A DNA stretch of 57,596 nucleotides from Candidatus Omnitrophota bacterium (GCA_013202925.1 JABMRA010000087.1:1-57596); one strand, 5' to 3'. Shown: positions 44,472-55,020, counted from the stretch's first letter. The notes: generated by a model not told the origin, from the letters alone. Numbers and translations are program-made.

Positions 44472-46460
44472 ATGATAAAGAGAGACAGAGATTTAGAAGC
44501 ATATTATAAGAATCCGGCAATAGAATCCTGGACTTATGTACACATTGGGATGGAAAATCTACAATTCCACGATCCAGAGATGTATAGTAAGATAAAAGAA
44601 AAACAGGTTATGTTACTTACTGAGATCGATAAGCGAGTTAAGATTATTAGCCAGATTTGTGAGAGATTAGGATTGAATAATTATACAGAAATAAGATTTT
44701 ATATTGACCAGTTTTTACAAAAGTTTCCACTAGGCTTAAGAGATCATGTGGCTTGGGATGATGTTAATTTTATTTTTTTATATCTCCTAACTAAGATGCT
44801 CAGACCAAGGATAATAATCGAAACTGGCTGTAATGTTGGATTTAGCAGCACTTTTATTGCATTAGCAATTAAAGAAAACGATAATGGATGTATGTTTTAT
44901 ACTATGGATCCTCGCCTTGAACACTACCCACAGGGAAGCCCAATTTCTTTTAAATATAGCCATGAAAGACAGCAAGAGATTAATTATTATAGTCTAAGTC
45001 TAAGAGGGAAACATGAACCACTAGGTATTGTTCCACAAGATTTGAGGAAATATATAATTTTTAAGGCTGGAAGATCAAGTAATATTTTACCAGATCTACT
45101 TAAGGATAATCCCAAGATAGATATTTTTTTTCATGATTCAGATCATAGTTACAGAAACGCGATATGGGAATGTACGACAATTTGGCCTTACCTGAGAACT
45201 GGGGGTTATGTTTTGGTTCATGATGTAAGTCATAATTTAGCTTTTAAAGAAGCGTTTAGTAAAATGGAAATCTCAACCAAAGAAGATAACATGGGCATAG
45301 TTAAAAAAACAGATAAGGATTCTATTATGGAAGACCCATGGGCTGATTCACTTGATAATTCCAGACTCAATGATATTGAATATCTATCAAAGAAGCTTAA
45401 ATTAGAGTCATCCCCGCAGAAAATTATTATCCAACTGATGGATTCTTGTAGTTTAAATTGCGTTTTTTGTGCAGGAAGGAAAAGCAATGTAGTATCCAAT
45501 TTCGATAATTTTCGCTGTGGGTTGGAAGGTAAAATCTCGCGTTATATTTCCCAAGCTGATAAAATTATTTTTAAAACCTGTGGAGGGATTTTTCAATCAT
45601 TCGAAATAGAAAATATGATTGTACATTCCTATATTGATTATTTCCAAGAATCCTTTCCTGAAGTAGAAAGAATTTATTTTACTAACGGATTGGAATTAAC
45701 TCCCAGGCTATGTGATTTCATCATCTATTCACAAGGCATAAATAATGCACTGGATATAAATATTAAGAAAAGTACTTTTAATATTTTGTTATATGCTTCA
45801 AATAGTTGTTTGCACAAGATTTTGACAAACAGTGATAGTTTTTCTAGAATCATAGCCCAGGTCCAATATTTTCTTAAGTTAAGAAAGGATAATAATAATT
45901 CTAACATTCATCTTATCTTTGTAGCCACCACTCTCAATATTGAAGATCTGCCTGATTTTGTAAGATTGGCAGCAGATCTTGGAGTTGATAGAGTGATTTG
46001 TTATTATAATTATATATATGTCCCTGCCCAGAAATACCTTTCTTGCTTTTTCAAGCAAGGGCTTACTAATAAAATGCTGGATGAGGCTGAAAAGATAGCT
46101 CACAAATTGAATATAGCAATAGACCTACCGCCTAGATTTGGACTAAAGGATTACCCCATTACTACAGACATTTGTCGAGAGCCTTGGAGTCAAATCATGC
46201 TCAATGCTCAAGGTCACATCCTTCCCTGCGATGCATCAGAGGACACCAATGAGAGCTTGGAAGGAAAGGATTTCATGGATGTCTGGAATGGCTTTTATTA
46301 CCAGAACCTAAGAAAAGGCTTAATCAAGGGAAGTTGTTCGTGTTTCAAGCATTGCTTCCGCGCCAATCCTGCCTCAGTAAATGACTTTCGTTCGCATGTG
46401 ATCCATCGGGGAAAAGGAGGAGCGGATATAGATATATCATGGGGGGATAATTTTCAATGA
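44472..46460 (+). CDS. fusion of a class I SAM-dependent methyltransferase (CmcI/Methyltransf_24-like) and a radical SAM/SPASM-like domain
   Basis: N-terminal half: IIETGCNVGFSSTFIALAI...IFFHDSDHSY...GGYVLVHDV. C-terminal half: MDSCSLNCVFCAGR (first Cys at nt 45447) and a C-terminal region of about 190 aa that is near-identical in protein to the 43341 ORF. Confidence 0.8.
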   Translation: MIKRDRDLEAYYKNPAIESWTYVHIGMENLQFHDPEMYSKIKEKQVMLLTEIDKRVKIISQICERLGLNNYTEIRFYIDQFLQKFPLGLRDHVAWDDVNFIFLYLLTKMLRPRIIIETGCNVGFSSTFIALAIKENDNGCMFYTMDPRLEHYPQGSPISFKYSHERQQEINYYSLSLRGKHEPLGIVPQDLRKYIIFKAGRSSNILPDLLKDNPKIDIFFHDSDHSYRNAIWECTTIWPYLRTGGYVLVHDVSHNLAFKEAFSKMEISTKEDNMGIVKKTDKDSIMEDPWADSLDNSRLNDIEYLSKKLKLESSPQKIIIQLMDSCSLNCVFCAGRKSNVVSNFDNFRCGLEGKISRYISQADKIIFKTCGGIFQSFEIENMIVHSYIDYFQESFPEVERIYFTNGLELTPRLCDFIIYSQGINNALDINIKKSTFNILLYASNSCLHKILTNSDSFSRIIAQVQYFLKLRKDNNNSNIHLIFVATTLNIEDLPDFVRLAADLGVDRVICYYNYIYVPAQKYLSCFFKQGLTNKMLDEAEKIAHKLNIAIDLPPRFGLKDYPITTDICREPWSQIMLNAQGHILPCDASEDTNESLEGKDFMDVWNGFYYQNLRKGLIKGSCSCFKHCFRANPASVNDFRSHVIHRGKGGADIDISWGDNFQ

Positions 46461-48190
46461 TAGTAAAACTTGAAAAACCTTTGATGCGCTTTACCTGGAA
46501 TATAGTCTATGACTGTAATTATCGCTGTTCCTACTGTTTCTTTGAAGGCAAGTGGGAGGAGTATGGGAAAAGAAATGTCTATCTTTCACCGGATGAATGG
46601 TTGCAGTACTGGAAGAGGATTCATGATAAATACGGCCCTCCTTATATAGTTATAACCGGAGGAGAACCTTTTAATTACCCGCATTTTATTGAATTGATAA
46701 AGAAAATTTCACAGATCAGCACACATGTAAATATTTCGAGCAACTCTTCGGGTGATCTGAATAAATTTGTAAAGGAGGTAGATCCGCAGAATGTTTCATT
46801 ATCGCTTAGTTTTCAGCCAGAATTTGACAGCTTAGAGGATTTTATCGATAGACTCCTTTTTATTAGAAAACATAAATTTGATGGTTGCGTAAACTTTGTT
46901 GCCTATCCGCCTTTTTTAAAAGATATAACTTATCACAAGGAGAAGATCTCCTCTATAGGCGAAACCTTGAAGGTTATCCCATTTTTCGGCGAATACAAAA
47001 GAACAGGTTATCCAGAGGGATATACTCAGGAACAGAGGCAGCTGGTTGGCATCGATGATAACTGGTTTAAGAAGGTAAGAAGGAAAGGATCCCTTTGTTC
47101 GGCAGGCCAGAAGACCGCGCTTGTTTTTCCTGATGGAAAGGTTGCCCGCTGTGGCCAGATTGGCGAAGAGATGGTTTTAGGAAGTTTTTTTGACTCAGAT
47201 TTTAAGTTGCTGGATAACCCCTTAGCCTGCGAGGCTGAGTATTGCCCCTGTGATGAAGGAAAGGTCGCGCCTGAAGATGACGAACCCGACACTTTGCCAG
47301 CCAATGCACAGGATTCGGGGAGCAAAGTGGAGTCGAAGACCGGATCAGTATCTTCCGGCCCTCCAAATGGCAGAGATGTGCGTTTTACATGGGACATTCA
47401 TTATAAATGTAATTTTCGCTGTCCTTACTGCTGGTTTTATGAAGGATGGGCTGAGGCAGGCAGGAGGAATCTATATCTTTCTCCTGAGGAGTGGTTAGCG
47501 CATTGGTCAAGGATCTACGATAGGTATGGTTGTGTCCATATAGAGATTACAGGAGGAGAACCCTTCTTATATCCTAAATTTGTAGAATTGGTCAAATCAT
47601 TATCCGCTATCCACACGGTTAAGGTCACTACTAACCTGTCCGGGGATGTAGAGAGGTTTGCCAGAGAGATAGACCCTAAAAGGGTAAACATGGATCTGAA
47701 TTTTCACGTGCTCTTTATTGATCTCGAGACAGTTACAAATAAGGCCCTGATTTTAAAGAAAGTTGGTTTTAAAGTGGGTATTTGTTACCTTGCCTATCCT
47801 CCTCAAATGCAGGCAGATAAGATAAAATTTTATGACGAACATTTTAGAAATTTAGGAATAGGTTTTGCATTGGCTGCGTTTTGGGGCGAATACCAAGGAA
47901 AAAGATATCCTGAGAGCTACTCTACTTCGGAAAGAGAATTTATGCGCCCTTTCCTGGGAGACATAGACAGGTTTACTTATCACTTAAATGCTGAAAGCCC
48001 AAGAGGAAAATTGTGTAATGCCGGGCATATATATGCCGGCATCCATTCCAACGGGGATGTGGTTAGGTGCGGGCCTTTGGCAGATAAGGTAATAGGCAAT
48101 ATCAGAAACGAGGATTTTCGGCTTTTGGATAAACCTTTGCCTTGCGAGGCAGATACCTGTCCCTGCAATGAATATGTAAATTTACTTTAA
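46457..48190 (+). CDS. tandem didomain protein of a compact radical-SAM module (CNYRC-type), modules 1 and 2
   Basis: FTWNIVYDCNYRCSYC (Cys at nt 46514) and FTWDIHYKCNFRCPYC (Cys at nt 47408). Each module continues with TGGEPF..YP, AYPP, YP(E)(G/S)Y, and LC.AGQ/H...G.V.RC...C....CPC. An acidic/Ser-rich linker spans aa 268-307. ATGA overlap upstream. Confidence 0.8.
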   Translation: MIVKLEKPLMRFTWNIVYDCNYRCSYCFFEGKWEEYGKRNVYLSPDEWLQYWKRIHDKYGPPYIVITGGEPFNYPHFIELIKKISQISTHVNISSNSSGDLNKFVKEVDPQNVSLSLSFQPEFDSLEDFIDRLLFIRKHKFDGCVNFVAYPPFLKDITYHKEKISSIGETLKVIPFFGEYKRTGYPEGYTQEQRQLVGIDDNWFKKVRRKGSLCSAGQKTALVFPDGKVARCGQIGEEMVLGSFFDSDFKLLDNPLACEAEYCPCDEGKVAPEDDEPDTLPANAQDSGSKVESKTGSVSSGPPNGRDVRFTWDIHYKCNFRCPYCWFYEGWAEAGRRNLYLSPEEWLAHWSRIYDRYGCVHIEITGGEPFLYPKFVELVKSLSAIHTVKVTTNLSGDVERFAREIDPKRVNMDLNFHVLFIDLETVTNKALILKKVGFKVGICYLAYPPQMQADKIKFYDEHFRNLGIGFALAAFWGEYQGKRYPESYSTSEREFMRPFLGDIDRFTYHLNAESPRGKLCNAGHIYAGIHSNGDVVRCGPLADKVIGNIRNEDFRLLDKPLPCEADTCPCNEYVNLL

Positions 48191-48211
48191 AAGAGTCGCT
48201 TAAATAAAGCA

Positions 48212-50107
48212 ATGAAGAATTTAAAATCAAAAAAGAAAAAAATAAATAAAAGAAAGGTCTCTTTCACCTGGAATATACATTTCGCCTGCAATTACCGGTG
48301 CCCGTATTGCTGGTTTGATGAGAACTGGCATCACCTGGCCAAATTTAACACTACTTTTGGAGTCAGGGAGATAGTGAGATGCTGGAACAGGGTGTACAGA
48401 AAATACGGCAGTACCCATATTGATATTCTGGGCGGAGAGCTGTTTCTTTATCCAAATTTTGTAGATATAGTAAAGGAATTGTCGCGGCGTCACAGTATCA
48501 GTGTGTCCACGAATTTAACGACAGATGTAAAGAGGTTTATTAAAGAGGTAAGTTCTGCCAATGTGAAGATAACCGCCTCCTTTCATCCTATATTCGCAGA
48601 CACGGAGTTATTTATAAAGAAGGTGTCTCTCTTCAAAGACAGCAAGTTTGATATAAATATCTCATATCTCGCGTACCCGCCGCACTTAAAGCTGATAGGA
48701 TATTATAAAAAAATATTTGATAGGGCGGGGCTTTCAATCGGACTGAGTACCTTTTGGGGAAAATATAATGGTATGGATTATCCTCAGAGTTACACAAAAG
48801 AAGAGAAGGAATTGATAAGGCCTTACCTGGGAAGTCGTTCGGGAAGGCCTTTTCAGGTAGAGCCTAAAAAGATAAAAAAGGGCTCTCTTTGCAGGGCAGG
48901 CCAGATTTATGCTGTTATTCAAACAGACGGCAGGGTTCAGCGATGCGGCATGGATTCTTTTGAAGGTCATTTGGGTAATATATTTGATAAGGGGTTCAAT
49001 CTGTTAGAAGAACCAGGACCCTGTAATTCTGAAAGCTGCCCGTGTAATGAATGGGCATTTTTACTTGTTGAAAAAGATAGTAGTTTGGATCTGTCCGGGG
49101 TTGCAACGGCAGACAAGAAGCCCGTGGCCTCAAAGGCCCGTGGATCCTTAAGCCCAAGATTTCCCAGGATCGATCCTCCTTATAAGGTGTTCTGGAACTG
49201 GGAGATTACCTACGCCTGTAATTATAAATGCACTTATTGTTATTTTTGGAAGATCAAGGAAAGGCACGCGCCTATTGATGTGGATAGATGGAGCGGTATA
49301 TGGGATGATATATTCGATAAATACGGTTGTTGCCATATTCGTTTTTCGGGGGGAGAACCTACCCTGTACCCCGGTTTTTTTGATCTACTGGCTGAATTAT
49401 CCAGTAAACACACTATAGATATAACTACTAATTTCAGTTTCGACATCTATGAGTTAATTGAAAAGGTAAATCCTCAACCCCTGATGATCTCCCCCAGCTT
49501 TCATCCCGAATTTGATGAAATAAAAGATTTTTTGAAAAAGATAGCCATCTTACGTAAGCACAATTTTCTTGCAAGCGGCATAGCCTACGTAGCATACCCG
49601 CCGCATCTTTCAAAGTTAAAAAAAGTCATGAAAACAACCGAAAGAAATAATGTCGAGTTCAAAATAATACCATTCAACGGTGAATTTAATGGCCGGCAGT
49701 ACCCACAAGGTTATAATGACAAAGAGAAAGGCCTGTTAAAGGATGCGGCTGAGGATTCTAGTTCAAAAGAGCTGAACACCCGATGGCTAAATTGGCATGT
49801 AAATGATAATGATTTGGACAAAAAAGATAAAGGGGCCAAAGAGATCTCGCATTTATGTAGAATGGGGCAGATGTATGCAAGGATTGGTCCGGATGGAAAG
49901 GTCACCAGATGCTGTCATCCGCAAAGTGATGTTTTAAGCAGTATTTTTGGCGATGATTTTAGAATTCTGGATGAACCAAAGCTATGCAATATTGCAAATT
50001 GCCCTTGTTTTAAGGCGATGTTTGTAGGAGAAGAGGGGTCCTGGTTGCCTCATTGGGGAGCGCCCGAACATCCTCTTTTGCCCAAGGTTAATAATATAGA
50101 GGTGTAA
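48212..50107 (+). CDS. tandem didomain protein of the compact radical-SAM module, modules 3 and 4
   Basis: FTWNIHFACNYRCPYC (nt 48287) and FWNWEITYACNYKCTYC (nt 49217). LCRAGQIYAVIQTDGRVQRC..CNSESCPC and LCRMGQMYARIGPDGKVTRCC..CNIANCPC. Confidence 0.8.
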   Translation: MKNLKSKKKKINKRKVSFTWNIHFACNYRCPYCWFDENWHHLAKFNTTFGVREIVRCWNRVYRKYGSTHIDILGGELFLYPNFVDIVKELSRRHSISVSTNLTTDVKRFIKEVSSANVKITASFHPIFADTELFIKKVSLFKDSKFDINISYLAYPPHLKLIGYYKKIFDRAGLSIGLSTFWGKYNGMDYPQSYTKEEKELIRPYLGSRSGRPFQVEPKKIKKGSLCRAGQIYAVIQTDGRVQRCGMDSFEGHLGNIFDKGFNLLEEPGPCNSESCPCNEWAFLLVEKDSSLDLSGVATADKKPVASKARGSLSPRFPRIDPPYKVFWNWEITYACNYKCTYCYFWKIKERHAPIDVDRWSGIWDDIFDKYGCCHIRFSGGEPTLYPGFFDLLAELSSKHTIDITTNFSFDIYELIEKVNPQPLMISPSFHPEFDEIKDFLKKIAILRKHNFLASGIAYVAYPPHLSKLKKVMKTTERNNVEFKIIPFNGEFNGRQYPQGYNDKEKGLLKDAAEDSSSKELNTRWLNWHVNDNDLDKKDKGAKEISHLCRMGQMYARIGPDGKVTRCCHPQSDVLSSIFGDDFRILDEPKLCNIANCPCFKAMFVGEEGSWLPHWGAPEHPLLPKVNNIEV

Positions 50108-50191
50108 GATGCATGCTTGTAGATAAGGAAGAATACTGGCCGGCTTACTGGAGCAGCCCTAACAGCCTTAATTTAAAAGGGAAAGAATAAA

Positions 50192-51640
50192 ATGTGTGAA
50201 GCAATTTCTCCTCGTGTCTTTTTCACGTGGGATATTCATTATAAATGTAATTATTACTGCAGTTATTGCTTTTTGCATTTTGAGCCTGAAACGGCAAATA
50301 TTGAAGCAGTTTATTTAGAGGTCGAAGAGTGGGTTAAAATCTGGACAGATATTTATAAAAGATATGGTCCTTGCCATATCTTGGTGACCGGAGGAGAGCC
50401 GTTTACTTACCCGAATTTTATGGATTTGGTTTCTTCTTTATCAGAGATGCATACGTTTGGTTTTTCGACAAACCTTTCATGGGATATCAACGAGTTTATA
50501 AAAAAGGTGAACAGGCTTAAGGTAGAGATAGAGGCAAGTTTTCACCCGGAATTTATAGGCGCCGAAGAGTTTTTGAAGAAAATAAAATTATTAAAAAAGA
50601 AGGATTATTTGGTGAGCGCCACGGTTGTGGCATATCCTCTCTTGCTGGATAAGATTATAAAGTATAAAGAGATATTTAAAAAAGAAGGCGTCAGGTTGAA
50701 CCTCTATCCTTACAGGGGGCCGCATGATTCCAGGAATTATCCGGATGCATACTCAGAGTCAGAGAGGCAGCTCTTGAAAAAACTGGGTCTTGAGATCGGC
50801 ATAAAGGCCAGCAGGGGACTTATGGATGTATATAAATTAACGCAGGATGGCAATGCTCAGGAGAAAAAACAAGAAGGCAAGATCTGTAGGATGGGACAGA
50901 GATACGCAAAGATCATCCCGAACGGGGAGGTCTACAGGTGCTGTGCAGCTGTAAATAAAAAATGGGGAGATCTGGGCAATGTCATAAAAAAGACATTTGA
51001 ACTGCTTGATAGGCCTGGACTCTGTCCAGACCCCATGAACTGCACCTGTTATAAATCTATGGTCATGGGAGAAGAAGATAGATGGCTGGGGTATTGGAAG
51101 ATCCCCAATGACTTTAGGGCCGAAAAAAAGATGAGGGATGAATTAGGGGTCGCCAAGAAACTTCGTGACACTGGGAAAATAGAAGAGGCTGTTGATAAGA
51201 TAAACCAAATCTTGAAGACGCGGCCCGGGAACGTCAGGGCACTTACGTTACTCGGAGAAGTTTATTTACAAAAAAAAGATTTTGTAACTGCCGGTAATAC
51301 ATTGCAAGAGGCCTTAAAAAATAATTCTAACCCTGATGACGCCTCATGGATTTACAGGACGCTGGGCAGGTTTTATTTTGAGTCAGCCATGAATAATAAC
51401 GATACAAAAAAAGAAGGGTTCGGTCAATCTCTGGATTGCCTGGAAAAGGCAATAAGATTCGCAGATAAATCCAATAATGTCGCAGATAAAGCGTGGGCAC
51501 ACTATGAGATTGCCACTGTATATCATAATAAAAAGAATTACCCCAAGGCTCAGGAGAATCTAAAGATGGCCCTTGAATATGAGCCCGAAAACGGGCATTT
51601 TAGAGAACTTCGTACATTGTTGGAAAAGGACGCAAGGTGA
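50192..51640 (+). CDS. compact radical-SAM module (module 5) fused to C-terminal TPR repeats
   Basis: FTWDIHYKCNYYCSYC (nt 50246), TGGEPFTYP, ICRMGQRYAKIIPNGEVYRCC..CPDPMNCTC. TPR-like repeats from about aa 320 (LTLLGEVYLQKKDFVTAGNTLQEAL, AHYEIATVYHNKKNYPKAQENLKMAL). Confidence 0.8.
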   Translation: MCEAISPRVFFTWDIHYKCNYYCSYCFLHFEPETANIEAVYLEVEEWVKIWTDIYKRYGPCHILVTGGEPFTYPNFMDLVSSLSEMHTFGFSTNLSWDINEFIKKVNRLKVEIEASFHPEFIGAEEFLKKIKLLKKKDYLVSATVVAYPLLLDKIIKYKEIFKKEGVRLNLYPYRGPHDSRNYPDAYSESERQLLKKLGLEIGIKASRGLMDVYKLTQDGNAQEKKQEGKICRMGQRYAKIIPNGEVYRCCAAVNKKWGDLGNVIKKTFELLDRPGLCPDPMNCTCYKSMVMGEEDRWLGYWKIPNDFRAEKKMRDELGVAKKLRDTGKIEEAVDKINQILKTRPGNVRALTLLGEVYLQKKDFVTAGNTLQEALKNNSNPDDASWIYRTLGRFYFESAMNNNDTKKEGFGQSLDCLEKAIRFADKSNNVADKAWAHYEIATVYHNKKNYPKAQENLKMALEYEPENGHFRELRTLLEKDAR

Positions 51641-51686
51641 GAGAGTCAAGCAGTGAAAGGCTGGGCTATTGCTGCGGGAGACTAAG

Positions 51687-53582
51687 ATGTTGACAGAGAA
51701 AATTTGTTTTTGCTGGAATATAAATTACCGGTGTAATTATCGATGTCCGTATTGTTTCTTTTATAACAGATGGGATAGGGTTGTAAAAGATAACGGAAAT
51801 TTTCCAGCCGAGGACTGGATAAAGAGCTGGCGCCGCATTTATGATATTTATGGAAGCGCAAAGATAGAGACAGCAGGGGGGGAGCCGTTTACTTTTCCTT
51901 CTTTCGTGAGATGCATAAATGAGATATGTAAATTGCACAGCCTTAGGATTACAACAAATCTTTCCTGTTCAACAGAGATTCTGAAGACGATTATCGGACA
52001 AAACAGTCCCGAGAGACTAAAATGGAACATAACCTTCCATCCGAGTTTCGCTAATGTCGATGATTTTTTAAAAAAGGCCCTGCTTTTGAAGCGCAACAAA
52101 TTTGAAGTTTTGACAATGTATGTTGGTTATCCCCCTCAGTTAAAGATGATGCCGCATTTTAGGAGTATATTTCAAGAAAACGGGATCACCTTTTTTGCAC
52201 AGGCATTTCAGGGAGAACATAACAGGATAGCCTATCCTCAGGGTTATACAGAAGAGGAAAGGCAGCTGATGGGCGATCTCAAGAAGGACGATTGTCACGG
52301 AGGGTTAAAGAGACTAATAGAAAATCAATTGCTTAAAAAACAAACAAAGGGCAAATTATGTCTTGCCGGATCGAAATATGCATTTGTTGATTCCACGGGA
52401 GAGGTATACAAATGTTCCCGTGAAAGAAAGAATTCAATGGGGAATTTTCTGGAGCATGATTTTAGATTATATGATCGGCCGCTGCCGTGCGAGTTTGAAT
52501 ATTGCCCTTGTGAATTTACATGGCTGGTTGAAGAAGAGGCGATTCGAGAAAAGCAAGACATGAAGGACCAGGATAAAATCGAGGCGGATCTGCCTTTGAC
52601 GGAATTATCCGGTAAAGCAGCAGTTTGTCAGACGCAGGATAAATATCCTGCCCCTGGTCGAGTCTATTGGTGCTGGGATATACATAATGCATGTAATTAT
52701 AAGTGCCCATATTGCTGGCTTAACACTCCTCACGAAGATGCCCCAAAGGACGTTCATCCTTATCCCGGGATTGATAAACTGGTAAAGATCTGGGCCGATA
52801 TTTATAAGAAATATGGAAGATGCCATATTCATATTTCCGGAGGCGAACCTTCTATCTACCCGTCTTTCTTTGAGTTGATAGGTAAACTTTCGCAATTGCA
52901 TTATGTAGAATTCGACACCAACCTATCTTTTGACCCAGTTGATTTAGTAAGGAATACAGAAGAAGGCCGTAGATTAAAGATAGGGGCTACATTGCACCCA
53001 GAATTTACTGACTTAAATACCTTCTTTTCGAAAGTGCTCCAGTTAAAGGGCGGCGGTTTTAGAATCGGGATGACGTGCGTAGGTTATCCGCCACACTTGA
53101 AAGATATTCGCAGATATAAAGATATATGCGATAAGAATAACGTTGAATTTAATATCCAGGCCTTTAGAGGGGCTTTTAATGGCAAGGAATATCCAACAGC
53201 GTATGACGATGCAGAAAAAGAACTTATTGGCATACAGGCTGAAGATGTTACCAGTCGGATATTAGATTATCACATCAGTGAGAGAGACAAGAAAAAGGAA
53301 AAAGTCCGGAGGTTATGCAGAATGGGTCAAATGGGCGCCAAGATCTATCCGAACGGAGATGTTTTTAGATGTTGTATGCCTGAGGACGATCATAGGATAG
53401 GCAATATTTTCAATGACGATGATTTTAGGTTATTTGATGGACCAAGATATTGTGAGAAGAGTCCGTGTCCTTGTTGGAGGGCCATGATTATTGGCAAGGA
53501 AGATGATTGGCAGCATTACTGGTATCGCATGGAAACAGATAGTAGGTATTGTGATAGAAATTTACAAACTAAGCAAGATTGA
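51687..53582 (+). CDS. tandem didomain protein of the compact radical-SAM module, modules 6 and 7
   Basis: CWNINYRCNYRCPYC (nt 51732) and CWDIHNACNYKCPYC (nt 52692). LCLAGSKYAFVDSTGEVYKC..CEFEYCPC and LCRMGQMGAKIYPNGDVFRCC..CEKSPCPC. ATG at 51687 is preferred to TTG at 51669. Confidence 0.8.
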   Translation: MLTEKICFCWNINYRCNYRCPYCFFYNRWDRVVKDNGNFPAEDWIKSWRRIYDIYGSAKIETAGGEPFTFPSFVRCINEICKLHSLRITTNLSCSTEILKTIIGQNSPERLKWNITFHPSFANVDDFLKKALLLKRNKFEVLTMYVGYPPQLKMMPHFRSIFQENGITFFAQAFQGEHNRIAYPQGYTEEERQLMGDLKKDDCHGGLKRLIENQLLKKQTKGKLCLAGSKYAFVDSTGEVYKCSRERKNSMGNFLEHDFRLYDRPLPCEFEYCPCEFTWLVEEEAIREKQDMKDQDKIEADLPLTELSGKAAVCQTQDKYPAPGRVYWCWDIHNACNYKCPYCWLNTPHEDAPKDVHPYPGIDKLVKIWADIYKKYGRCHIHISGGEPSIYPSFFELIGKLSQLHYVEFDTNLSFDPVDLVRNTEEGRRLKIGATLHPEFTDLNTFFSKVLQLKGGGFRIGMTCVGYPPHLKDIRRYKDICDKNNVEFNIQAFRGAFNGKEYPTAYDDAEKELIGIQAEDVTSRILDYHISERDKKKEKVRRLCRMGQMGAKIYPNGDVFRCCMPEDDHRIGNIFNDDDFRLFDGPRYCEKSPCPCWRAMIIGKEDDWQHYWYRMETDSRYCDRNLQTKQD

Positions 53583-53627
53583 TAGTTATATATTAAAAGT
53601 TTTTTAAACTGAACAAAGGAGCTAAAG

Positions 53628-54440
53628 TTGAAATTTACTTTTGGCTGGGATTTATGTTATACATGCAATTACCGCTGTCCGTATTGTGGCATTTGGGAAA
53701 ACAGGTCAGATAGCGATCTTTTTCTGTCTGCCGAAGAATGGGGTGCGATTTGGGACAGGGTCCATGCCAAGTATGGAAGCTGCCACATCTACATGTCAGG
53801 GGGCGAACCGTCTTTTTACCCTGGTTTTTATGACCTAGCGTTAAGATTGGCGCAGAGGCATTCGATAGAGATATGCACCAACCTGTCCTGGGATATAGAT
53901 AGATTGGTGCCGCAGATCCCGGCTGGCACATTAAAGATAGCCGCGACCTTTCATCCAACGTTTGCCAGGTTTGAGGAATTTTTTGAAAATGCGGTAAGGG
54001 TAAAGGAGTATCTACCTAATTCGCAGATATATTATGTGGCGCATCCAGGCCAGATCAGGGAAATGCCTGAAAGGAGCAGGAGATTAAAAGAGCAAGGCGT
54101 AGATCTTATACCATTACCTCTTAGGGGAGACGGATATGTGCTTAACTCAGACGAAGAAAAAAGGATAGTTGAGGAGGTAAGTCCTTACAAAGGCGAGAAG
54201 ATAGAATATCAGTTACAGAGGATCTCGCCTAAAGGCAAGCTGTGCAGGGCAGGCCAGTTTTACGCTGTTATCAGGGCAAATGGCGCGGTGGACCGCTGCA
54301 GTCAGCATAGAAACGGAGGGCTTGGAAATTTTTTGTCAGAGGAGTTTGGTTTATTCGACAAACCTGTTCTTTGCGAGAAGGACTACTGTCCAATAGAATC
54401 ACAATGGATAATAAATGAACAAAGAATTAGAACTAACTGA
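53628..54440 (+). CDS. single compact radical-SAM module (module 8)
   Basis: TTG start 6 nt after AAGGAG. FGWDLCYTCNYRCPYC (nt 53664), SGGEPSFYP, LCRAGQFYAVIRANGAVDRC..CEKDYCP. Confidence 0.75.
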   Translation: MKFTFGWDLCYTCNYRCPYCGIWENRSDSDLFLSAEEWGAIWDRVHAKYGSCHIYMSGGEPSFYPGFYDLALRLAQRHSIEICTNLSWDIDRLVPQIPAGTLKIAATFHPTFARFEEFFENAVRVKEYLPNSQIYYVAHPGQIREMPERSRRLKEQGVDLIPLPLRGDGYVLNSDEEKRIVEEVSPYKGEKIEYQLQRISPKGKLCRAGQFYAVIRANGAVDRCSQHRNGGLGNFLSEEFGLFDKPVLCEKDYCPIESQWIINEQRIRTN

Positions 54441-55014
54441 AAACAAAATCAGGAAAGTAATTGATGAACTAAGGCAATATTATAGAAGTCTAGAATTCGG
54501 CCCTGTTAGCGATGAGGAAGGCCGCATCTTGCAGATATTGATTGAAATTTCAAATGCTAAAGATGTTTTAGAAATAGGTACATCACTCGGGGTTTCTTCG
54601 CTTTGGATGACCTTAGGTCTTTTAAAGACAAAGGGGAAATTGATAACCTTTGAAGCTATGCCTGAACATGCGCAGTTTGCAAGACAAAATTTTGAAAAAG
54701 CCGGCGTACAGGATATTATTACTCTTATAGAGAGAGACGCTGTATATTTTAGTCCATTATTAAAAGACAAATTTGATTTCATATTTATGGACGGACTCGA
54801 AAGAGAATATTTAATGTTCTTTAATCTTTTTTTCCCTTTGTTGAAGGAAGGAGGCATTATTGTTGCTCATGATGTTATAACAAAGGCGAATGATGCGCAG
54901 GATTACATTGAAACATTAAACAAAGATAGGCGTGTTACTAATTGTATTATCAGAGGCCCTGAGATAGCAACGGGCATGCTTATAACTTATAAGAATAAGG
55001 AATTGACAGGTTAA
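54415..55014 (+). CDS. class I SAM-dependent O-methyltransferase (caffeoyl-CoA OMT / Methyltransf_3-like)
   Basis: VLEIGTSLGVSSLWM (motif I), FDFIFMDGLEREY, and GGIIVAHDV. 26-nt overlap with the upstream gene. Confidence 0.75.
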   Translation: MNKELELTENKIRKVIDELRQYYRSLEFGPVSDEEGRILQILIEISNAKDVLEIGTSLGVSSLWMTLGLLKTKGKLITFEAMPEHAQFARQNFEKAGVQDIITLIERDAVYFSPLLKDKFDFIFMDGLEREYLMFFNLFFPLLKEGGIIVAHDVITKANDAQDYIETLNKDRRVTNCIIRGPEIATGMLITYKNKELTG

Positions 55015-55020
55015 AACAGG

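Noticed and set aside
50108-50191. Possible RiPP precursor peptide in the gaps of the rSAM array, for example ATGCATGCTTGTAGATAA = MHACR at about 50109-50126
   Set aside because: Five codons is too short for a precursor. The other gaps (48191-48211, 51641-51686, 53583-53627, 55015-55020) are too small for any precursor, and 39851-39978 holds only a 7-codon ORF. No Cys, Ser/Thr or Gly-rich leader/core peptide is encoded in the window.
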